The position numbers and the translations under genes are program-made. From contig NC_057718.1 of assembly GCF_004010195.1 (NCBI RefSeq), positions 83,372,503 to 83,436,502 of the forward strand: 64,000 nucleotides of DNA. Direction: 5' to 3'. The notes beneath the pieces were generated by a model. That model did no database searches. It worked only from the letters and a program-made list of their open reading frames with translations, and was not told the DNA's origin. Source of the DNA: Chiloscyllium plagiosum. Its lineage: Eukaryota. The stretch's first letter is position 1. Each line of letters begins with the position of its first letter. Shown here in pieces: positions 38,749 through 51,119 of the stretch.

Positions 38749-38869
38749 TGTTAAAAATAAATAGGAAAGCATAGAGTCATATAACATGGAAACAAGCCGT
38801 TCGGTCCAACTCTTCCATGCCAACCAGGTTTGCCAAATTAAACACTGTCAAAACTGAAATGAATAATTT

Positions 38870-39110
38870 TTGTCTGTCCTACTGCTTGGGCTCTGTCTGT
38901 ACCTATTGTTTACTCCTTACCCCCTCCCCCACACTACCTTCTGCATACAAACCAACATCTTCCTGGCCACCATCAGTTCTGAGGAAGTGTCACCAGACTC
39001 AAATAATAACTTTGATTTCTCTTCACAGGTGCTGCCAGACCTGCTGAGCTTTTCTAGCAACTTCTGTTTTTCTTTCTGATTTATAGTATCTACAGTTCTT
39101 TCAGTTTTTA
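38870..39110 (+). mobile_element. Decayed PLE 3' end with degenerate hammerhead core
   Basis: cagttCTGAGGAagtgtcaccagactcaaat...gctgccagacctgctgagcttttctagca. Confidence 0.55.
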
Positions 39111-39329
39111 ATGGATAATTAACATGGGGTTCAAAAGGAAAAGTCTTGATTGGCCAACCTCATTGAAGAAGTGTCAAAGATCAGACAAGGGCACAACCTT
39201 CAATCTGGCATGGTGTGATAGGATAAAGCAAAGTCCAGAGCATTCAATCAAGGGACAGGAAGCAAAATGGATAACTGACTGTCTGCAATAGATAGGTGGA
39301 GATTCCCTTTAGCTAAATGACAATGTTCC

Positions 39330-40450
39330 AAGCTGCTTCATAGGAGCATTACAAAACAATATGTGGCATCCAGCATTTAAAGGCAACATTAGGTCAAGTG
39401 ACCAAAACACATGTTTCAAGCAGTACCTTAACAGGAGGAAACAGAGGTAGAGGCACAAAGAGGAGTAAAGTAGAAAGGCACAGGTACAAACTGCAGAGTA
39501 ATAACAATTGTGAATGCACTGAAATAGAAGGGGAAAGGCCTTGGAAGAATTTGAAAAAAAGTTAAGCGTTTTAAGATCAAGATGTTGCTTAATTAGAAAT
39601 CAATGTAGGTCATCGAGCATAGGGGTGATAGGAGAACAGAACTTGCTACAAGAGGTGGGCAACAGAGTTTTGGATGACCATAAATTTATGGAGGGTAGAA
39701 TACAAGAAATTAGTTATGAGTGCTTTCGAAAATTTGAGTACAGAAATAACAAAGGGACAGTTCAGCAGCAGGAGAGCTGAGTGTGAGTGAAGTCAAGCAA
39801 TGTTACTGAGACGCTCTTCGAGATGGAATGAATAAAGTTAAAATTTGATGTCTGGATTAAAGACAACACCAAGACTGCAAAAACATACTGACTAAACTTC
39901 AGATGACTGGCAAGAAAAAGGACATTGTGGATAGCTAGTTAACAGAGTTTGAAGCAGGGCCAAAATATTATGGTTTCACAGAATCATAAAATTGCTACAG
40001 TGCAGATAGAGGCCATTTGGCCCACCACGACAACACCAAATCTCTGAAAAGCATCCACCCTATCCCTGTAACTCCACATTTACCATAGTTAACCCGCCTA
40101 GCCTGCACACTACAGGGCAATTTAGTATAGCTAATCCACCTGACCTTCAAATCTTTGATTGTGGAAGGAATCCAGAGCACGCAGAGAAGGCCCGTGCAGG
40201 TAGAGAGAGAACATGCAAATTCCACACAGTCACCCAAGGCTTGAATCTCAGTCCCTAGTGCTGTGAGGCAGCAATGCTAACCACTAAGCCACTATTCCGC
40301 TTCACTCTTCCCAATATTTAATTGGAGAAAATTTCTGCTCATCCAGAATCGGATGTTGGGTATGTCTGATCAACTATAAACAGTAGAGGAATTGAGAGAG
40401 ACGGTGGCAAGGTAAACATGGGTGTTGTTAGTGTAAATATCACATTCGAT
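39330..40450 (-). mobile_element. L2-clade LINE fragment interrupted by an HE1-type SINE (39975-40280, minus)
   Basis: Minus-strand SPITPMLDDLH matches the L2 motif SPITPVLxxLHWL; SINE head ggcttagtggttagcattgctgcctcacagc. Confidence 0.7.
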
Positions 40451-41134
40451 GTTGTTCCTTCAGATTGTAAAGGGACAACATATTTTTCCTTTTGGATTGT
40501 AAACTGGAATGGAGGTCAGACACTGCTACATAACTGAAATATCAGGAAGATTTTGCATGTTTGAACAATCCGATGGAGCACACTAAAGCTGTACAAGGCA
40601 ATGGTGCTATTGGAACAGTAAGATTGTTACGTTATTGAGTCAGAGCAGTACCAGGTGTTTCGGTTAAGGGAAAGCTGCTAAATGGCATCCCTGGATTGAT
40701 GAGAGTGACAGTTTGTCATAGACTACTTGGAACAATGCAACTGGAACCATCCAGAGCCAACAAGGTGAAATCACTGCTCTCCCTTCATTGTGTGAATGAA
40801 AAGAAGAAAAACCAAAAAATCTTGAGAAAGAATTCTAACGCAAGAAAGGACATAAATCCATCTGATCAACAACCAAACTGAAGAACATCCATCGTTCCAC
40901 AGACAACGTCATCATTGCTAAATCAAACGAACAGAGACACAACTTAACCATCCATAAGATGTATACTTTGATCTTCAGAATTTTGTTTTCCTTATTTAGA
41001 TTATATTTTTTGATCGATAATATGTGTAAAACTGTCTGACTCTTGTTAGTCTTATTTATGAACAAATGTGTGTGTATTTAGGGTGTTAAAAGAGTATAGT
41101 TTAAGTTCCATAGTAGTCAATGATAAATCCTTTG

Positions 41135-42790
41135 TTACAGAGTTGTAGAGATGTACAGCAAGGAAAGAGCCTTTGGTCCAATTCATCCATGCTGACCAGA
41201 TAACCGAAATAAATCTCGTCCAAGTTGCTAGCACTTGGCCCATATTCCTCTAAACCCTTCCTACTCATATAATCATCCAGATGCCTTTTAAATGTTGTAA
41301 TTATACCAGCCTCCACCATGAAAAGGTTGCCCCTTAGGTCCCTTTTAATCTTGTCCCTCTCATCCTAAACCTATGCCCTCTAGTTCTGGACTCCCCTACC
41401 CCAGTGAAAAGACTGTCTATTTACCCCATCCATACCCCTCATGACTTTTATAAACCTCTATAACGTCACCTCTCAGAATCCAACACTCCAGGGAAAACAG
41501 CCCCAGTCTATTCAGCCTCTCACTACAGTCAAACCCTCCAACCTTGGCAACATCCTTGTAAATCTTTTCTGAACCGTTTCAATATGTTTCAACATCCTTC
41601 TTATAGAAGGGAGGCCAGAACTGCAAACAATATCCCAAAGGTAGCCTCAGCCGCAATATGACCTCCCAACTCCAAGACTCAATGCTCTGACCAAGAAAGA
41701 AAAGCATACCAAACTCCTCCTTCACTATCCTATCTACTTGCGACTCTACTTTCAAGGAACTATGCACTTGCACTCCAAGGTCTCTTTGTTCAGCAACACT
41801 CCCCAGGACCTTACCATTAAATGTACAAGTCCTGCCCTTATTTCCAAAATGCAGCACCTCACATATATCTAAATTCCATCTGTCACTCTTCGGCCCATTA
41901 CTCAGAGGTAATCTTCTTCACTGTCCATTACACCTCCAATTTTGGTGTAATCTACAAATTACTAACCATGCCTCCTACGTTCACAGCCAAATCATTAACA
42001 TAAAATACAAAAAGTAGTGGACCCAGCACCGATTCTTGTGGCACTCCACTGGTCACAGGCCTCCAGTCTGAAAGGCAACCCTCCACCACCTTCTATCTTC
42101 TATCTTTGAGCCAGTTTTGTATCCAAATGGCTAGTTCTCCCTGTATTCCATGAGATCTAACCTTGTTAAAAAGCCTACCATGGGGAACCTTGTCAAACGC
42201 CTTACTGAAGTCCACATAGATCACGTTCACTACTCTGCCCTCATCAATCCTCTTCGTTACTTCTTCAAACAACTTAATCATATTTGTGAGACATGATTTC
42301 CCACGCACAAAGCCATGTTGACTATCCCTAATCAGTCCTTGCCTTTCCAAATACATGTAAATACTGTCCCTCAATATTCCTTCCGACAACTTGCCCACCA
42401 CCAATGTCAAGCTCACCGGTCTATAGTTACTTCGCTTGTCCTTACCACCTTTCTTAAATAGTGGCAACCACATTAGCCAACCCCCAGTCTTCCAACACCT
42501 CACCTGTGACTATCGATGATACAAGTATCTCAGCAAGGGGCCCAGCAATCACTTCCCTAGCTTCCCACAGCGTTCAGGAGTACACTTGATCAGGTCCTGG
42601 GGATCTATCCATCTTTATGCGTTCTAAGACACCAGCACCTCATCCTTGGTAATATGGACATTTTTCAAGATTTCATCATCTGTTTCCCCACATTCTCTAT
42701 CTTCCACGTCCTTCTCCACAAAATACTAGTTTCTTATCTACCCCATCTCCTGCAGTTCCACATGTTGGCTGCCTTACTAATCTTTGATCT
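41135..42790 (-). mobile_element. CR1 LINE ORF2 3' half
   Basis: NYRPVSLTLVVGK...SQHGFVRGKSCLTN...VDFSKAFDKVPHGRL. Confidence 0.92.
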
Positions 42791-44104
42791 CTGCTATTCG
42801 TTAAAGAATAAATGAGTTTACAATAGAGCTAGTTTCCTGTTAATGAAAAAACCTGGTGTGAATTGCTTTTGTCCTGTAAAGAAGTAAGGCAAATTGAGCA
42901 CTTTGTTGTTATAAGTGGATGCTTACGCTTTTGTGACAGCATGTGGAAAAATGGGGATTGATTATCAGCATACTTACATTTTGTTACAGCGTAACTAGGA
43001 AGGCAAAAAAGCACAGGGCTGAAGGATAGATATTCTCAGTTGCAGAGAATGGGGGATATGGAGTCCCACGAAAATTTATGCCGGGATCACTTAGCAATTT
43101 AGGTCAATGATTTCAAATCTGGCAAAAAAAGCACAATTCCTAATTTTGCAACCGACACTAAATGGGAGGCTCTTTAACGCAGAAGCGTTATAACAAATAA
43201 TGAAGGTATTAATAAGCTTAGAATAAAAAAGGAGTAGTAGTGGTATATAAGGAACAGCTGTGGTAGGAGATATAACCAAGCGCAGAATTGGAGTTGCAAG
43301 ATAGCTAGAGGAGTGGCAGGATAGACCCAAAAGCAAAACTGTCGGAATGCAAGAAGAATAGCAGGAGAAAATCAAGCCTAAACTTAGCCGAGGCAACATC
43401 AGAGACTTCAAAAACAATAAAGAAAAATTTAAAACGACAATACAGAATCATAGGTAGGCAACTAGCTGATCACTTTTGCAAATTTTTGCTACAAGAGCGA
43501 ACCTATAATGTAAACTTGCATATTAAATTAACAGGAAAACTTTCATGTGAGTCTTTGAAAGAACTTAAATAAACTTAAGGCTAATTAGTTTAATAAAGGC
43601 ATGTTAGGTACCTCAATCCCTGTTCTACATGGGAATTCAAGATCACTTGTGTATGGTTATAAACTCCAGTTTCATTTCTAAACAAAGTTGCAAAAAACTG
43701 ATCTGTGGTTTACATTAGAGAAAAGAATATTCTGTATAATTACTAAGACCCTACAAACAGCTTTCTTCATTCAGTGAAATGTTGCAGTAGTTGCCTCCAT
43801 ACGTATGGCATTCGTGTGGCAGTGGACAAATTCTGAAAATATTTCACCACAAACAAATCTTTACAAAATATTGTTTGTTGTCAATAAAACCTCTAATTCA
43901 AATCTGAACATTTCAATTGATCTGAATATTTTTCTTGAAACAGTGAAGCCATGACACAGTAGGTAAGGAGAACGGTTTAAAAGATTATTGAAGTCAACAG
44001 CATCAGAAAACTAAAATAGCATCACATGGCTCCAGCAGCTACTCCTAAATGTATAACCAAATTACCAGCCTTAATTCCTTCTTGTTCAAACATGCAAAAG
44101 TGTA

Positions 44105-44945
44105 ATGGGCCAATGGAGCAAGCAGTGACAGGTGGAATTTAATTTAGATAAATGTGAGATGCTGCACTTTGGAAAGGCGAGTCAGGGCAAGACTTATACA
44201 CTTAATGGTGAGGTCCTGGGGAGTATTGCTGAACAAAGAGATCTTGGACTGCAGGTTCATAGTTCTTTGAAAGTTGAGTCACAGGGAGATATGATAGCGA
44301 AGAAGCCGTTTGATTTCCAAATGCCTTGTCTTTACTGACCAGTGCATTGAGTACAGGAGTTGGGAGGTCATGCTGTGACTGTACAGGCCATTTTTAGGAT
44401 GCTGTGTGCAATTCTGGTCTCCCTCCTATAGGAAGGATGTTGTGAAACCTGAAAGGGTTCAGAAAAGATTTACAAGGATGTTGCCAGGGTTGGAGGATTT
44501 GAGCTATAGGGAGAAGCTGAATAGACTGAGACTATTTTCCCTGGAGCATCGGAGGCTGACAGATGACCTTATAGAGGTTTATAAAACCATAAAGAGCGTG
44601 GGTAGGTAAATAGGCAAGGTCTTTTCCCTGGGGTCAAGGAGTCTAAAACTAGAGGCCATAGCTTTAAGATGAGTGAGGAAGAACTAAAAGGGACCAAAGG
44701 GACAACGTTTTCACGCAGAGGATAGTGAGTGTGTGAAATGAGCTGCCAGAGGAAGTGGAGGCGGCTGGTACAATTACATCATTTAAAAGGCATCTGAATA
44801 GATTTATGAATAGGAAGGGTTTAAGAGGGTTATGGGCCAAGTGCTGGCAAATGGGGTTATATTTATGCAGGGTGTCTGGTTAGCATGGATGAGCTGGACT
44901 GAAGTGTCAGTTTCTGTGTTATATATCTCTATGACACTATGACAC
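44105..44945 (+). mobile_element. CR1 LINE 3' fragment
   Basis: EFNLDKCEMLHFG; QFWSPSYRKDVV...RVQKRFTRMLPG. Confidence 0.9.
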
Positions 44946-46627
44946 AAGGTGGTGACACATTTTCATGCAGCAAGCAGTTAAAATCTGGAATACATGGTTA
45001 TGTGCAGGAAGTAGGTTCAATCACTGTGCTCAAAAGGGAATTAGATTGTTCCTTTTTGAAAAAACAAGAGCACAATTATAACGAAAAGGCAGAAATATGG
45101 ACTGGGTGAGATGCTCATTTGGGACATGTACACAGTGGATCAAAGGTGTCTTTACGCATGACAACAATTCTGTGATTCATCGGAATCTCCTTTTCAACCT
45201 CTCCCCTTACCTTAGACACGGTGATTCTCAGGCTAAACCACCACATTTCATCTCCCTCTGATGAGGGAGCAGCCCTATGATCCTTTGGGACTATAGGGAC
45301 TTCACCCTCATCACCAGTGAAGCAATCAGTGTTCAAACAAAACAAAAAATCTTTGCTATCTTTTGCCTTTGAACAGGTTGCCAATGATGAGATCCTGTTT
45401 CAAGCATTGCGTGTTCCACTTGTTCTTGATGGTGCTTTTAAATGCCCAGCCTATCAATCAACAAGTGAATACAAAAGACTAATTTCAATTTGTAACTGTT
45501 GCAATTTCTGATACTAGTTTTTGTGCTTTAATTAATCTCCTTTCATAATATGTAGATTTATGCATTCCCACACATTTGTACAGATGATGTCGCATACCTA
45601 AGAATTTTTCTTCAAACAAGACAGTAATAAATTGTCATATATTTGATATTACTTATTTCCTTGTTCTCTTATTTCTTTGTAACAATTGCCAGCACACCAC
45701 CTCAGCAGCAACAGACTGGTTTTGCATTCTGTAATACTTCAGTCACGCATGTTTTATAATCATTGTTAGCTTAAAAAAAAGTTTTGTTTTCATGGTTCAT
45801 GATAGCTGTTGCATAATTTATACATATTGGCAATGAGCAAATTGATGAATAATTATATTAGTGCAAATAAAAAATAGGAAACTGTTTTATTGAGTCCAGA
45901 ATGGGATTGCCAATTTACAAATATAATCCTCAAATGCTAGTGCACCCACATAAATTTAAAGAAATGCTTGAAAAAAATGAAAGTGCGCTTAATTCAACTT
46001 TTGTGATGTACATTAAAAGGTGTTCAGCATGGTTATAATGACCTAAACAATCCAAGGAACAGAGGTTAAGTACTGGAAGAAAAAAGACGTTATTGCACCA
46101 TTAACTCAGCTGCTTCAATGGACAGGGAAAAAACTTAAAAATTTAATAAGACTCCCCATCCTCTGACATCCTTACTATGATAGTTTTCCACTTTTAAACA
46201 AAAACACAGATTAGAAACTCACTAGTACATGGTGGGCCAAAGGGCCTGTTCTTCTGCTGTATTGTTCTATGTTCTACTTTGATTCTACATTGAACTCTCG
46301 ATTGACAGTTGACAACATACAAATTGGAATACTTTCATTTGCAATGCCTATGCTTTTAAATTGGGATATTCCTTTTCTTCATAAAATTGGGTGCATGTTT
46401 TTACACAAAATTTAAACACACTTTTCAGGTATACATGAAAAACAACATTTACTGTTAGCCAAACAGTTCAAATAAAACAAATGCATTGCATTTAAACTGA
46501 TGGTTTATTTTCCCACAGTTTTATTCTAGTTTAATAGTTGTAATAAAGTAGTCCCAAAGCTACTAAGACAATTTGAAGGTAACACAAAGCAGAAATTCAT
46601 AAATATGGGAAATAAAATATATTTTAC

Positions 46628-46738
46628 CTCTGGATCATCATCATCAACATCATGATAACTGGAATGATCCGGGTTGTTCAACTTATCAAGCAATTCTATA
46701 GCAAGCGTACGATTCAAAGACTGAGCCACAAATGGGTG
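46628..46738 (-). CDS. MAP4K3: MAP4K3 exon, end of kinase domain: HPFVAQSLNRTLAIELLDKLNNPDHSSYHDVDDDDPE
   Basis: 111 nt, phase 0/0; acceptor tttttattttcag, donor GAG|gtaaaa; overlaps ORF-track entry 46526..46729. Confidence 0.96.
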
Positions 46739-46823
46739 CTGAAAATAAAAATTAAAAGTATAAGGGAAGTATTTGAATATTAATGTTCTTAAATAGTAAA
46801 GTCATAAAATGTACTATACTTGC

Positions 46824-46905
46824 CTGCAATAACTTTTCAGCAGTAGGTCTTTTTTTGGGATTTTTCGTAAGTGCCAATTTTACAAACTGATGAAAATTAG
46901 TTGAC
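46824..46905 (-). CDS. MAP4K3: MAP4K3 exon, kinase subdomain XI: (W)[27 protein letters not shown]
   Basis: 82 nt, phase 2/0; acceptor tgtccttttag; non-canonical donor CAG|gcaagt. Confidence 0.95.
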
Positions 46906-46990
46906 CTAAAAGGACAACAATCTATAATGAATCAACTTGGAAGCTGGACAGATTTAAAACAGACAAATAAAACGTCCAAGAAATTCATAC

Positions 46991-47053
46991 CATTTTATTT
47001 TGTCCTTCAATTTTGGAGGCTGGAAGTTGCTCTTTGTCATCAAAAACAAAGCT
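46991..47053 (-). CDS. MAP4K3: MAP4K3 exon, kinase subdomain X region: (R)ALFLMTKSNFQPPKLKDKIK(W)
   Basis: 63 nt, phase 2/2; acceptor tctttttcttttcag, donor TG|gtatga. Confidence 0.95.
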
Positions 47054-47159
47054 CTGAAAAGAAAAAGATTAGTCAGCCTTGTACGTTTATATATATATTC
47101 ACAAGATGCGGGTGCTGCAAAATTCATTGCAAGATCCCTAACTGCCCAGATGACAGTTA

Positions 47160-47415
47160 AAAGGCAACCATATTACTCTTGGTCTGGAGGCCAGATCAGG
47201 CAAATATGGTAGTTTCCTTCTCTAAAGGACATTAAAGAACCAGATGAATGTTTCTGACAATCAACAATATATTCATTAGACTCTTAATACCAGATATTTA
47301 TTGAATTCAGATTCCACCATCTGCCATAGTAGGATGTGAACTGTGGCCCCCAGAACATTACTTGAGTATCTAGATTAACAGTCCATCATTAATACTACTA
47401 GTCCAGTGCCTCCCC
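47160..47415 (-). mobile_element. tRNA-derived SINE fragment (same family as 21520-23222)
   Basis: Minus strand ...catctggttctttaatgtcctttagagaaggaaactacc... Confidence 0.55.
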
Positions 47416-48032
47416 AGAAAAATATAAATAAATGATATAAGAAATAACTCTGAGTGGAGAAGTCACAGCTAATAAAAGTCTGTAAATCACAGCAATCAGG
47501 CAGCATCTATGGAAAGACAGCTAGCTAACGTTGAGTCTAGACGACACTTCTTGCTCTATCTCCATGGAGGTTGCCCACTCTACTGTCAGTTCCGGCATTT
47601 TATGTTTTTCATACAGATTCCAGTATCTGCAGTAATTTGCTCCTAATAAGACTGTAGGCTGCTTAAGCATACATGTGTGAAATTTTACTGTTCACAATCT
47701 GATTTGACTAAACGAAGTAAATGAAGTGAGGAATTGCTACCCTGATTAGGCATTTCCCATGGATCACTTTTCTTACCGTATTTGTATCTGTATTCTTTCC
47801 CTTTAAGTTAATACATCAACAGTATCCATCAATAATACAACGGTTAACAATTTTTCTTCAGGTTTCTTCACGCATGCAAGAATTTTACATATTCATTCAC
47901 CCCTACAGACCGCTTTCTCCCCACAGAATCTTGCTTCTGCTTGTTTTTCATCTATTAAACTCATGTTTCATATGTTGTCCTTCATGCCACTTCTTTCTTC
48001 AATTATCCTTACTCATTGCTACTGCAATTTAT

Positions 48033-48350
48033 GATTAGATTAGATTAGATTAGATTCCCTACAGTATGGAAACAGGCTCTTCTGCCCAACAAGTCGACAC
48101 CAACCCTCTGAAGAGTAACCCACCCATCCCTATTCCCTGACATTTATCCCTGACTAATGTACCTAACACTATGGGCAATTTTAACATGGCCAATTCACCT
48201 GACCTGCACACCTTTGGATTGTGGGAGGAAACCCACGCAAACAGGGAGAATGTGCAAACTCCACACAGACAATCGCCCAAGGCTGGAATTGAACCCGGGT
48301 CTCTGGTGCTGTAAGGCAGGCAGTGCTGACCACTAGCCACTGTGCTGCCC
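48033..48350 (-). mobile_element. HE1-type SINE
   Basis: Minus-strand head ggggcagcacagtggctagtggtcagc; (taatc)n tail; flanking aatttat. Confidence 0.9.
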
Positions 48351-48439
48351 CAAATTTATATCATGCTTCTCAATGCTCCCAAATATGTGTTCCCTGTATC
48401 TTGCTTATTCATTCTTACTTCTATCTAGTTGCTTTTGCT

Positions 48440-51000
48440 GAATTCATGGTGGACAAGCAAGAGGCTGGAATTCACAGCAAGCTAACAGCATCAGGAGGTG
48501 GAGAAGTCAATGTTTCGGATGTAACCCATCTTCAGGACTGGGGATGGGTGTCAGGGGAGCTGCAAATGAGCGAGTGGGTGGGGGTGAGGTCGGGTTAGAC
48601 GAATACAGATAGAGGGTATGACCTGGTTGGTCGATGAGAGGAATGAATCCGGTTGGTAGCTGGAAGGAAAGGTCAGCCAGAGGAATGGAAGGGCGAGGGG
48701 CTGGAAAAAGAGTCGAGGGATGGGAAAGGAGGTTATTTGAAACTGGAGAACTCAATGTTGCATCTTCTGGACTGTAGGCTGACCAGGTATAAGATGAGGT
48801 GTTGTTCATTCCATTTCCGGTCTGGTTCGCTGTGGCAATGGAGGCGTCCAAGGATGGTCATGTCAGAAAGGGAGTGGGAGGGGGAATTAAAATGGATAGT
48901 GACTGGGAGGTCAGGTCGGCCCCTACAGGGAAAGCTGAAATGCTTGGTGAAACTTTTCCCTTAGTGACCACATTGGAAGTACTGGATACAGTAAACTAGG
49001 TTGGAGGAGAGGAAGGTGAACCTCTGTCTCACTTGGAAGGACTATTTGGAGCCAAGGATGGAGGTGGGGTGAAGGGGGATGTTGGGAGGTTTTGCATCTT
49101 TTATGGTTGCTGGAATGACCAAGGATTGGTGAAGAGAACAGTCCTTGTGGAAGGCATAGAAGGGTGGGGAGGGGAAGATATTCTTGGTGGTGGGGTCTAA
49201 TTGGAGTTAGCGAAAGTGTTTAAGGATTATGCATTGAATGCGGAGACTGGTAGGTGTAGTAGGACAGGACAAGGAGGAACATGTCTTTATTGCATATGGG
49301 GGGGGGGGGAAAGAGAAAGAAAGAGGTGTTAAGAGCAGTGGAGCAGAGAATGAAGGAGTTGTGGTGGAGGGCTGTCTGGGTGACAGAAGGGGTGGGAGGG
49401 TGAGTACATTGTTCAAAATAGACGGACATCTGGGATGCTTAGGAATGGAATGCCTCCTTGTCTAAGCAGTGCAGCGGAGATGGAGGAATTGGAAAAATGG
49501 GATGGAGTTCTTGGAGGGTACTGGGTGGGAGGAGATGTCATCCAGGTAATTATGGGAGTCTGTGGGTTTCTAGTAAATGCCCATCTGTAGACTTTCACCA
49601 GGGATGGAAACAAAGAGGTCAAGAAAGGGGAGAGACATGTCCAAGATAGACCACATGAATTTAAGGGTGGGGTGGAAGCTGTGGCCGAAGTCGATGAACT
49701 GCTCCAGTTCAGCCTGAGTGCAGGATGCAGCACCGATGCAGTCATCGACGGCAGAAGAGTTGGGGAACAATACCAGTGGAAAATGCGATGGGGTTAATTT
49801 GTTCTGCTGACCTTCAAGAAATTGGATGCGGAGGGTAGGGTGGTATGTCTTGGTCTTGCAGGTAAAATGTAAAAAATAAAAATACATTGCCATCTCCTAT
49901 CATTCAGAGGTAAATTTACATTGATTCTGAATAAGGGATGATAACAATAAAAACATTGCTTAAAATTCTGACACATGCTGTAGTTAAAGAAACGATTTAC
50001 AACAGATCTGCCATTAAGGGAATGATTTACTTTACATTGTTTCTGGAGACGATCAGGTCACTGCATTGTCTCAAGTGGCATGTGACTGTGGGGAAGTGGC
50101 TGGGCATTGTCTTGTGGGCATTACTGACTGTGATGTGAGATTTCGTATAAAGGAAGAACTAGTTCCTTTGTTCAGAGAACTTCATTGCGAAAAGTGTTAA
50201 GTGATCCTTCAAAGCTTGTAGTTGCTTAATAAAGTTTGGCTGTTCACAGGAGGTTGGCGTATTGCAGTTGCAGTTGCATCAAGTGTTTAAGAACCTCAAG
50301 AAAAAGAACCTCAAGTGCACGCACCGAAGAGGGTCTGTTCGGTGTAGCCGACAAAGAGGCAGGCATAGCCAGGACCTATCCGAGTACCCATGGGCATCCC
50401 CGGATTTGGAGGAAAAGGAAGGGGTTGAAAGAAAAGTGATCAAGGGTAAGGACTAGTTCGGCGAGGTGGAGCAGAGTATTGGTGAAGGGGAACTGGATTG
50501 GTCTGCTGGAGAGGAAGCAGCTGAGGGCCTGAAGGCCATCCTTGTGGGGTATGGACATATATAAGGACTGCATGTCCATAGTGAAGCTAAAGTGCTGGGG
50601 GCCAGAGGATTGGAAATTATTTGAAGAGATGGAGGGCATGGTTAGACCCACGGACATAAGTGGGAAGCATCTGGACGAAGGGAGAGAGGATGGAGTCGAG
50701 ATAGGGAGAAATAAGCTCGGTGGGGCAGGAGAATGGAGAGATGATGGTCTGGCTGGGGTAGTTGGGCTTGTGGATCTTGGGGAGCAGGTAGAACCAGGCG
50801 TGGACGGCTGGGGGACTATGGCATTGGAGGCAGTGGAAGGGAGAGCACCGGATGCAGAGGTTACAGACAGTGAGTGTGATTTTGGCCTGATGGGCCACAG
50901 TGGGGTTGTGCTCAAGGGGGAAGGTACGATGTGGTGTCAGAGAGCTGGCGTTTGACCTCTGCAACTACCACTGCACTGTCTTTGTCAACAGGTTTGACAA
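48440..51000 (-). mobile_element. Decayed Penelope-like element (RT, GIY-YIG remnant, pLTR with hammerhead) interrupted by a solo-LTR-like insert
   Basis: FYLLPKIHKP, FTMDMQSLYMSIPH, LAELVLTLDHFSFN, DDCIG...PTLKFMWS...LPFLDL; FQVRQRFT..SSNLVY; core CTGAAGA-tgggttacatcc-GAAAC at 48512-48535. Confidence 0.88.
49779..50313 (+). mobile_element. Solo-LTR-like insert within the PLE RT
   Basis: 4-bp flanking repeat agtg (49775-49778, 50314-50317); ends in CA; TATAAA at 50146 and AATAAA at 50228; the PLE reading frame is continuous across it. Confidence 0.65.
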
Positions 51001-51119
51001 TGAAAAGGGGATCGGTGCTCCCTCTTACATCAGCTCTTTAGCCATATTTCAACTATATCATCTTCCTACTCCTAGCCGCAGTGGCTGTGGCACAGAAAGT
51101 AATCCCAACATTACACCTT

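Larger units (their letters stand above)
4235..47053 (-). other. MAP4K3: MAP4K3 (GLK) gene, internal part; extends beyond both window ends
   Basis: Six exons with compatible phases give (R)[152 protein letters not shown]. This closely matches recalled human MAP4K3, including linker residues that differ in MAP4K5. Confidence 0.95.
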
